From an uncultured Candidatus Peribacteria bacterium (GTDB lineage: Bacteria > Patescibacteriota > Gracilibacteria > Peribacterales > Peribacteraceae), in the NCBI GenBank assembly GCA_964643805.1, contig CAZXUD010000001.1, positions 9,147-42,721 on the forward strand: a DNA stretch of 33,575 bases, read 5' to 3'. The position numbers and the translations under genes are program-made. The notes beneath the pieces are model-generated. The model ran no database searches, had not been told where the DNA came from, and worked only from the letters and a program-made list of their open reading frames with translations. Position 1 is the stretch's first letter. Each line of letters starts with the position of its first letter. Shown one piece after another: positions 25,248 to 33,400 of the stretch.

Positions 25248-26837
25248 ATGATGTGGGTCGATCATCTCCTGGAAGAAATTGAAGAGCGTTTCAAAACGCA
25301 GATTGGTAAGAAGGAACCGCTCTTAATTCGTGATGAAAAGACACTTTCGGGACGGGTTCACGTGGGGTCATTGCGAGGTATTGTCATCCATGGACTTATC
25401 GCCCAGGTACTCGACCAAAAAAACATTAAGAATGAATTTAAATTCGAGTTGAATGATTTTGATCCGATGGATGGCTTACCTGTTGATATGGATAAGTCGT
25501 ATCAAAGTCATATGGGAAAATCTTTGTATGAGGTACCCGCTCATCAGTCGGGCGCAGAAAATTATCCGATGGTCTTTGGTAATGAATTAAAGGAAGTTGT
25601 TGCTGATCTTGGATTACCTATCGATTTCTACGCTTTAAGACCGTTATATACGTCTGGAAAATTTAACGACACCATTCGCGACGCGCTCGACAACGCAGTC
25701 CATATTCGAAAAATATATTTGGAAGTGAGTGGTGGCGGTAAACCCGACGACTGGTTCCCCTTTAGTGTTATCTGTGAAAACTGTCGCAAGATTGGCACCA
25801 CACAAGTAACAAGTTGGGACGGAGAAAAGGTGCAATACACGTGCCGAAAAGACATGGTGAAATGGGCTGAAGGATGCGGCCATACTGGCTCTATTAACCC
25901 TTACGATGGCAATGGTAAGTTGCCTTGGAAGGTAGAATGGGCCGCAAAATGGAAAGTCTTAGGCGTCCATATTGAAGTGGCCGGCAAAGACCATAACGCT
26001 GCCGGTGGATCGCGCGAAATTAGTAAGCGAATCTCGGAGGAAATATTTAAGTATCCGGAACCGTTTAATATTCCGTACGAATTTTTCAATATTGGCGGCA
26101 AAAAAATGAGCGCTAGTAAAGGCTTGGGATCTTCTGCAAAAGAGGTGGCAGATTTGCTGCCGCCGACTCTCCTTAAATTATTGATGATTCGAAAACAACC
26201 GAATCAACCGATCGATTTTGATCCACAAGGAAATACCATTCCTACACTTTTTGACGAATACGATCGACTCTCAGACCACTATTTCCGTCGTCACGATGAA
26301 CCCAGTGAAGCATTTGCACGTGTTTTTGAATTAGCGCATATAGATATGTCAAAACAACCAGAAGATTTATGGCAAATGCGCTTTAGTGTCCTCAGTTTTG
26401 TGGTGCAAATGCCACATTTAAATTTGGAAGAAGAGGCAGAAAAGTTGAAAGGTTCCAAACTGACAAAACCAGAAAAGGCAGCGCTCGCCGAGCGTGCTGA
26501 CTACGTCCGTCGTTGGTTAGATGCATATGCAGCACCAGAGTATAAATACGAAATTCTGAAATCAGTTCCATCAGATTTTTCTATTAATGATGTTCAACGC
26601 AAGGCGCTGATTCAATTGAAAGATGCTCTCGAAGAACCAAGCTTAAAATGGGAGGGTCCTGAAATTCACGCCATTATTCACCAAGTAAAAGCTGAGACCG
26701 GTGTGGAGCCTAAAGAACTTTTCCAGCCGCTGTATCGCATGTTTCTTAACCGAACAAGCGGACCTCAAGTTGGTTGGTTCTTGAGTACCTTTGACAGGCA
26801 ATTAGTTCTGGAACGACTGCAAGCTTCTGTTTCATAA
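25248..26837 (+). CDS. lysK: Lysyl-tRNA synthetase, class I
   Basis: Class I LysRS signature: SGRVHVGSLRG (HIGH-equivalent) near the N-terminus, KMSASKG (KMSKS) and a Cys cluster CENCRK...C...CGH. 529 aa, the typical LysRS-1 size. Confidence 0.9.
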   Translation: MMWVDHLLEEIEERFKTQIGKKEPLLIRDEKTLSGRVHVGSLRGIVIHGLIAQVLDQKNIKNEFKFELNDFDPMDGLPVDMDKSYQSHMGKSLYEVPAHQSGAENYPMVFGNELKEVVADLGLPIDFYALRPLYTSGKFNDTIRDALDNAVHIRKIYLEVSGGGKPDDWFPFSVICENCRKIGTTQVTSWDGEKVQYTCRKDMVKWAEGCGHTGSINPYDGNGKLPWKVEWAAKWKVLGVHIEVAGKDHNAAGGSREISKRISEEIFKYPEPFNIPYEFFNIGGKKMSASKGLGSSAKEVADLLPPTLLKLLMIRKQPNQPIDFDPQGNTIPTLFDEYDRLSDHYFRRHDEPSEAFARVFELAHIDMSKQPEDLWQMRFSVLSFVVQMPHLNLEEEAEKLKGSKLTKPEKAALAERADYVRRWLDAYAAPEYKYEILKSVPSDFSINDVQRKALIQLKDALEEPSLKWEGPEIHAIIHQVKAETGVEPKELFQPLYRMFLNRTSGPQVGWFLSTFDRQLVLERLQASVS

Positions 26838-26838
26838 G

Positions 26839-27438
26839 ATGAATACCACTCCTCTCCTCCAACACGCTGAGTATGGTCATCTCTTACCGGCTGCCCATGG
26901 CTTATTAGAAGCTCATGCAGATCAAACCAAGGCTCATTTAATCGCCACTGGAGCCGCGATGGAGGCCTTAGCCAAGCGGTTTAATGGACATTCCGAAACA
27001 TGGAAAGTGGCTGGCATGCTGCACGATTTAGACTGGGATAAATTAGATAAAGATGCCGAAGCTCACTGCGGTAAAACATTGGAAGAGCTGCTGGCATCTG
27101 TGGAAGCTCCTGATGAATTGCTCGCTGATATTCGTGCCCACTATCAGGCAAAATACGGCGCTGAGTATCCGTTAGATACCATGCTCCGTAAGTGCCTTTA
27201 CTGTGTAGATGAATTAACAGGCTTCATTGTTGCTGTAGCACTCGTGCGACCAAGTAAAAAACTATTTGATTTGGAAGTAAAAAGCGTCACAAAGAAATTA
27301 AAAGACAAAAGTTTTGCTGCTCAAGTTGATCGCACGCAAATTCAGCAATGTGAAACAATGCTGGGTATTCCGCTCAATGAATTTATTGAATTGACGTTGG
27401 GCGCTATGAAACCAGTTGCAGCAGAAATGGGACTATAG
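26839..27438 (+). CDS. HD-domain metal-dependent phosphohydrolase
   Basis: H...HD motif (AGMLHDLDWDK) with downstream H/D residues (IRAHY, CVDELTG). Starts 1 nt after the lysK stop. Confidence 0.7.
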   Translation: MNTTPLLQHAEYGHLLPAAHGLLEAHADQTKAHLIATGAAMEALAKRFNGHSETWKVAGMLHDLDWDKLDKDAEAHCGKTLEELLASVEAPDELLADIRAHYQAKYGAEYPLDTMLRKCLYCVDELTGFIVAVALVRPSKKLFDLEVKSVTKKLKDKSFAAQVDRTQIQQCETMLGIPLNEFIELTLGAMKPVAAEMGL

Positions 27439-27442
27439 AGCT

Positions 27443-30427
27443 TTAACTCTTCCTCTTCTTCCGTCTCATTAATCCGAAGCCTGCAGCTGCGCCAGCTGCG
27501 CCAAAGACAATGATTTCTGGTCCAGTACTGCTGAGCGGACTGCCTGATGGTTGATTGAAGGCGCCAACAGGAACGTTGCCACCTGGACCTCCAGCATTGT
27601 TGCCGAAGATAAAGCCGCCATTAGTGCCTTGTAACCATGAAGAAGCGGCACCATGTCCATCGGCTGCGCTGCCTGAAACATAACGACCATTCACCATAAC
27701 TTCTCGTTGGCACAGCCGCGTGCAACCGTCGCCATTAATGTAGTTATGGTCGTCGCATTGCTCACCAGGATCCAACACGCCATCGCCACAGGCACCACGA
27801 GAACAATCTAGCCGACAAGCAGCACCCGGAGCATTGGAATTCCATTCGCCTAAGTCACAGTGCTCCCCAGGATTTTGTAGGCCGTCGCCACAATTCGGCA
27901 GGATGTATCGACCTTGTTCCGAACAAGCGTACGGAGCATTTGTGTTGTTTGCAGCTGGGTCACATTGCTCACCCAAAGCTCGTTGTACAACGCCATCTCC
28001 TAAACTCCCCTGCTCAAAGAAACACGTGGCAGCGCAGCCATCTTGGTCAAAGAAGTTACCGTCGTCACATTCTTCGCCTGCGTTCGTTTGGCCATTGCCG
28101 CAAGTGAAGACACCCAGAACAAGTGACGTTTCTATACGACAGTTATGTGCGCAACCGTCACCAAACAATTGGTTACCGTCGTCGCACTGTTCACCAAAGG
28201 TAAGAATGCGATCACCACAGTACGGTTCTCTACCCGCTTCCAAAATACAAGATGTGCTGCAGCCGTCGTTATTGTTAGCATTTCCGTCGTCACATTGTTC
28301 AATGGCAGAAAGCACGCGGTTGCCACAGTAACCACCGGCACCACCATACCCACCCTGGCCACCTACTCCGCCAATACCACCAATTCCGCCTTGGCCGCCT
28401 ATATTTCCAATGCCTCCTATACCGCCTTGGCCGCCAATTCCTCCTTGGGTACCAGCAACCGTACCACCAGCATTTGTTCCCCCGATTGTTCCTCCAGCAA
28501 GAGTTCCACCATTGGTTCCACTATTGCCACCGCTTTGACCCGCCGTACCACCAACTCCTCCCACCCCACCCTGACCACCCATACCTGCAGTTCCGCCAGT
28601 TGTTCCACTAATACCACCACCAGTATTCCCCGATACACCTCCCCCTTGGCCACTAATTCCGCCTTGGCCGCCCACTCCGCCGATGCCACCTTGGCCGCCG
28701 ATACCTCCACCAGTATCTGGGCTACCAAAACCTTCGATAGTGCATGATGCATTACAACCATCACCCGAGAGTGTGTTGTTGTCGTCACATTGTTCCGGAA
28801 TATCGACAATTCCATCGCCACAGAAAGCAAATCCACCAGGACCACCGGGCCCGCCGCCAATACCACCGATGCCACCTTGCCCACCGATTGCACCAGAAAT
28901 TCCTGCTCCACCGATACCAGCGACACCGCCTTGCGTTCCCCCGATAGTACCAGCCACGGTTCCTCCACCAATGGTTCCACCTGCAAGGGTGCCACCATTT
29001 GTCCCACTGATACCACCAGCTTGACCTGCATTACCACCAATACCGGACGTGCCGCCCTGGGTCCCACCTAGTGTTCCAGAAAACGTACCTCCGATTGTTC
29101 CTCCGATAGTTGTTCCACCATTCGTTCCAGTGTTGCTTCCACCCGTAGTTCCTGAAATAGATCCTCCACCAGTGGTGCCTGCAGTACCTCCATTTGTTCC
29201 GCTGACACTTCCACCAGTTGTGCCAGAAACAGAACCGCCATTTGTACCAGACGTTGAACCCCCCGTTGTTCCAACAGTTCCCCCATTCGTTCCACTCACA
29301 CCTCCACCAGTGGTACCAGAAACAGAACCTCCTCCAGTTGTACCTGCAATAGCGCCAGCGGTTCCCCCGCCAGTATTAGCAGCAGGGTGTGAATCGCCGG
29401 TAGTACCGGCAACACCACCTTGTGTTCCACCAGTTGTAGAGCCTCCTAATTCAGACAAACAATTTGCAGAACAGCCATCACCCGAAGCGCTATTACCATC
29501 ATCACACTGTTCTCCTACCTGCTTAATACCATCTCCGCATATATATAAGGTAGGGCCGCCTCCAGACAATGTCCCTCCACCTCCTGTCGTATTGGTAGAT
29601 CCCGGTTGTTCACTGACACACGTGCTAGAACAACCATCTCCAGATTGATTGTCACCGTCATCACATTGCTCCCCTGGTTGAAGAATGCCATTACCACAAA
29701 TAGTGGCCCCACCACCTCCCGTCGTTCCTCCTGTCGTTCCAGCCGTACCACCGGTAGTACCCGCTGTTGAGCCACCAGTAGTTCCACCCGTTGTACCCGC
29801 CGTACCCCCTGTCGTTCCTCCCGTAGTTCCCCCGGTTGTTCCTGCTATACCTCCGGCTGTTCCGCCTGTTGTGCCTCCCGTTGTACCTGCTGTACCACCT
29901 GTCGTTCCTCCTGTCGTATTTCCACCGGGTGATGAACTTTGACCACCGGGGTTTTGGTTTTGGCAGGTGTTAGAACAATTGTCATTGTTATTGGAGTTAC
30001 CGTCATCACATTGTTCTCCATCTTGTACTATGGCGTTGCCACAACGTGGTCCCATGACACAGGTTTCACAAGCCACCGGCGATCCACAGAAGTTCGTCCA
30101 CCCATTCTGTTGATGCAACGTGCTTTGGTACGATGATTCAAAGAAAGCTAAACCCTGATCGGTCGACATTTGTTCCGTGGCAAACATTGCCTGCAAAAAT
30201 GTATTGAGTTCGGTATGCAAGCCAGCCTCGTCAAATGCGTAGACCTCGTCTAAGCAACAATACACAGATTTTTGGCCAGTTACTGGGTCCGGCGTGACTT
30301 GGTCACACATGCCGACATCCAAACCAATAACGTCACCGCTGAGCACATCACTCTGTAGTAAACCGACAATAACAGCCAGAGCCAGAACTACGAGAACAAC
30401 ACCGGCGTGACGTTTGGCAAAAGCCAT
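27443..30427 (-). CDS. Giant secreted cysteine-rich-repeat protein (10 DUF4215-like repeats, about 420 aa of GGx glycine-rich tracts, C-terminal sorting-signal-like tail)
   Basis: Start at ATG 30427 (MAFAKRHAGVVLVVLALAVIVGLLQS, a signal peptide or anchor). The ORF-track start at 30547 overlaps the upstream gene. Ten repeats of the form CG(D/N)G-x5-(G)E(Q/E)CDDGN-x3-(G)DGC-x3-C. The tail is LSSTGPEIIVFGAAGAAAGFGLMRRKKRKS. Confidence 0.85.
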   Translation of the reverse strand: MAFAKRHAGVVLVVLALAVIVGLLQSDVLSGDVIGLDVGMCDQVTPDPVTGQKSVYCCLDEVYAFDEAGLHTELNTFLQAMFATEQMSTDQGLAFFESSYQSTLHQQNGWTNFCGSPVACETCVMGPRCGNAIVQDGEQCDDGNSNNNDNCSNTCQNQNPGGQSSSPGGNTTGGTTGGTAGTTGGTTGGTAGGIAGTTGGTTGGTTGGTAGTTGGTTGGSTAGTTGGTAGTTGGTTGGGGATICGNGILQPGEQCDDGDNQSGDGCSSTCVSEQPGSTNTTGGGGTLSGGGPTLYICGDGIKQVGEQCDDGNSASGDGCSANCLSELGGSTTGGTQGGVAGTTGDSHPAANTGGGTAGAIAGTTGGGSVSGTTGGGVSGTNGGTVGTTGGSTSGTNGGSVSGTTGGSVSGTNGGTAGTTGGGSISGTTGGSNTGTNGGTTIGGTIGGTFSGTLGGTQGGTSGIGGNAGQAGGISGTNGGTLAGGTIGGGTVAGTIGGTQGGVAGIGGAGISGAIGGQGGIGGIGGGPGGPGGFAFCGDGIVDIPEQCDDNNTLSGDGCNASCTIEGFGSPDTGGGIGGQGGIGGVGGQGGISGQGGGVSGNTGGGISGTTGGTAGMGGQGGVGGVGGTAGQSGGNSGTNGGTLAGGTIGGTNAGGTVAGTQGGIGGQGGIGGIGNIGGQGGIGGIGGVGGQGGYGGAGGYCGNRVLSAIEQCDDGNANNNDGCSTSCILEAGREPYCGDRILTFGEQCDDGNQLFGDGCAHNCRIETSLVLGVFTCGNGQTNAGEECDDGNFFDQDGCAATCFFEQGSLGDGVVQRALGEQCDPAANNTNAPYACSEQGRYILPNCGDGLQNPGEHCDLGEWNSNAPGAACRLDCSRGACGDGVLDPGEQCDDHNYINGDGCTRLCQREVMVNGRYVSGSAADGHGAASSWLQGTNGGFIFGNNAGGPGGNVPVGAFNQPSGSPLSSTGPEIIVFGAAGAAAGFGLMRRKKRKS
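28328..29950 (-). repeat. Degenerate in-frame GGx (Gly/Thr/Ile/Gln/Ser) low-complexity coding tracts
   Basis: Three main tracts: about 29699-29950 (GGTTGGTAGTT...), 28823-29449 (GTTGGSVSGTNGG...GGQGGIGGIGGGPGGPGG) and 28328-28732 (GGIGGQGGIGGVGGQGG...GGYGGAGGY). They are separated by single Cys-rich repeats. The plus strand here is strongly C-rich and G-poor. Confidence 0.9.
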
Positions 30428-30482
30428 GATGGGAATAGTGTACAAAAAGGAATTGGCATTGGATATAGGTTCTTGTGAGAGC

Positions 30483-33400
30483 CTATTTCCTGCGCTTGCG
30501 TCGCATCCAGGCGAAGCCTGCGGCAGCACCGCTTGCCATAATTGCAACTGCTACTGGACCCGTGTCTCCGACTGGTGCACGACCAGCGTTCGTTCCCGTC
30601 AGTTGTGCCAATGGCAAGTTGTATGGCAGCGGCTGTGTATTCGGACCGCCAGGAATTTGGCCGTAAATGCCGGAGACATCCTGAGGCCAGACTGGGTAAC
30701 CATTCACCGTGCCACCTGGTTGTACGGCAGCACCTTGTTCAACCGAACAGATGCGGCTGCAACCGTCGCCTGGCACCAAGTTGCCATCGTCGCATTGCTC
30801 GCCACTGTCCAAGATTGAATCGCCACATCTTGTTCTGGAACAGTCGGTGCGGCAGAGCGAATTTGGCTGGTCAGAATTATCGTTTCCAAGATCACATTCT
30901 TCACCTTCATCCATGCGACCGTTGCCACAGAAGTTAAGGATGTAGCGACAATCATCATTACATTGCAACGGAGCGTTAGGATCCGTTGCTGATGGTTCAC
31001 ATTGCTCACCGAGAGCGTGTTGCACGACGCCATCGCCACAAATACCACGTTCAAGGAAGCAGGTTGCGCCACAGCCATCAAAGTCACGGCGATTGCCGTC
31101 GTCACATTCCTCGCCAGCATCCACGCTACCGTTACCACAGAGTGCGCCGCCAGCAACAATACGCGACTCAATGCGGCAAGAAACACTGCAACCGTCGCCC
31201 GAAACATTGTTACGGTCATCGCACTGTTCGCCCAACGTAATAATACCGTCGCCGCAACGAACAGCAGTGCCCGGCTCTAACACGCAGCTCGCGCTACAGC
31301 CATCGCTTGGCGAAAGATTACCATCGTCACATTGCTCATTAACGTTGAGGACACGGTCGCCACATCGGCCCACACCGTTACCACCTTCTAAGGTACAAGC
31401 GAGGGAACAACCATCGCCTGGCACTTGGTTAGCATCGTCACACTGTTCTGGGCTTTGGAGCAGACCATCGCTGCACAGAGCATTGCGTGTTTCCAATCTG
31501 CAAGCGTTGGTGCAGCCGTCGTTATTTTGATTATTGTGGTCATCACATTGTTCAGCTGCATCCAAACGACCATCACCACAGAAGCGGACTTGGCCACTCG
31601 TTTCACCGCCGGCTCCGCTAATGCTACCGGAAGGTCCGCCAGTTGTTCCCGCATTGGTTCCACCAGGACCACCGGCTGTTGTTCCACCTGTGTCACCATT
31701 CGTACAACCGCTTATTTGGCGGTGTGAACAAGCGCCAGTGGTACAGACATCTTCTGTACATGAGTTATTGTCGTTACAAGAACTATTACTTGTACATGCG
31801 GAGGCTGTCTGACACTGATCGCTGCAACTGACACTTTGTGCACGATCGTACGAACAGGTGTACGTGACACCATTACACTGTGCATCGCTGGTACACAGAA
31901 TGCCGTTTGGATCCGCACCACAGCGGTTGACCGCTGTGCCTGGAATGCGCTCACACTTGCGACAATCGGCATCGGTGCGACAATCCTTATTTGGAAGGTG
32001 GCTGCAAGAACTACCGTTATCGCAAAGCTCTTTCAAGCTTGCACTTGGAGCACCATTTCTGCCAACGCGCACGGCGAGTGTCTTGTCTGTTTTCCCATCG
32101 CCGCAGTACTCAAATAGACACGTCTTGGAGCAGCCATCAAAGTCAGCGCTATTACTGTCATCGCACTCTTCCACCCCTTCTACAACACCGTTGCCACAAA
32201 CGCTATTTTGAGCAGTGCAGTTATTGGAACAGTTGACGTCATCTTGGGTGTTGTAAGCACAAGCGTAAGTGGTCGTGGCACAGTCTGCATTGGTTGTGCA
32301 GGAGATTCCGTTTGGATCACCAGCACACCTCTTTATATTATTGCTAACATTTCCAGAATTGTTAGCCATTGGTAAGCACACGCGACAATCAGCATTCGTG
32401 CGGCAATCAAAGTTCTGTTTGAGTTGGCCTCCAATCACACAAACGCTGCCGTTATCACAAGCTTCGCTCCGTGTGACTTGAATAGCACCATCACCACAGA
32501 ATTCATTTTGGCAGCCTTTTGTACAGCCATCACCATCGGCACTATTACTGTCATCACATTCCTCTGGACCCTCCTGCAGACCGTCGCCACAAACTGGGTT
32601 ACACGTGGTGTCGGTTGGATTACAAGGTGCAGCGCCATGCAAACAGTTCACACATGTTGCATCTTGTGCCTGGTCGTACACACAGCTGTAGGACTCATTT
32701 GTACACTCGGTATCTGCCGTACAAAGTTTGCCATTGGGGTCACCGCCACAGCGGCTGGTGCTTGTGCCCGAAATGCGCGTGCACTTGCGGCAATCGGCAT
32801 TGTCACGGCAGCTCAAGTTTGCATTCTGACTACAGACGTTACCGTTATCACAGACCTCACCATTCAAGGTCGATTGAATGACGGCATCACCACAGAATTC
32901 ATTGAGACACGTCTTGGAACAACCATCGCCATCAGCATTATTACCATCATCGCATTTCTCCAGACCATCAATAATGTTGTTACCACAGAGTGAACTACCA
33001 CCCAGCTGGAGACAGCCACTCGTACACTGAGTGCTTGCCTGAACATTGTATTCACACGTGTAGGTTGTATCGGTGCAGTCCGCTGCGGTGCTACATAACT
33101 TACCATTTGGATCACCCGCGCAACGTTTTGCGCTGGTGCCACTAATTGCTATACAAGTACGGCAGTCGGCATTCGTGCGGCAGTCAAAGTTCTGGTTTAG
33201 TTGCCCACCAATGCGACAGACGCTGCCGTTATCACACTGTTCCGTGAGAGCAGCTTGAATAGAACCATCACCACAGAATTCATTCTTACAAGTCTTGCTG
33301 CAGCCATCTTGGTCGGCACTGTTGTTGTCGTCACATTCTTCCGTGGCTTCCTGAATACCATTTCCACAGAGGTTAACGCACAGACCATCATTGCCACAGA

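Noticed and set aside
27834-30136. Long ORFs on the plus strand and in alternative minus frames across the Gly-rich and Cys-rich gene. Examples: 29049-29648 and 29685-29942 (PPVVPPVVPA...), 28683-29024, 28145-28747, 28417-29067 and 27834-28331.
   Set aside because: They are shadow frames of the GGx and Cys-repeat codon periodicity (reverse-complemented GGN gives NCC, producing Pro/Val/Thr runs). They have no independent start context, and all lie wholly inside the 27443-30427 gene, whose frame carries the recognisable repeat family.
28328-33368. Possible CRISPR array or non-coding tandem repeat, given the visible repetitiveness.
   Set aside because: The repeats are degenerate, in-frame and protein-coding, with 3-nt periodicity and conserved Cys and Gly codons. 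There is no repeat-spacer organisation of 24-40-nt identical units, and no cas genes.
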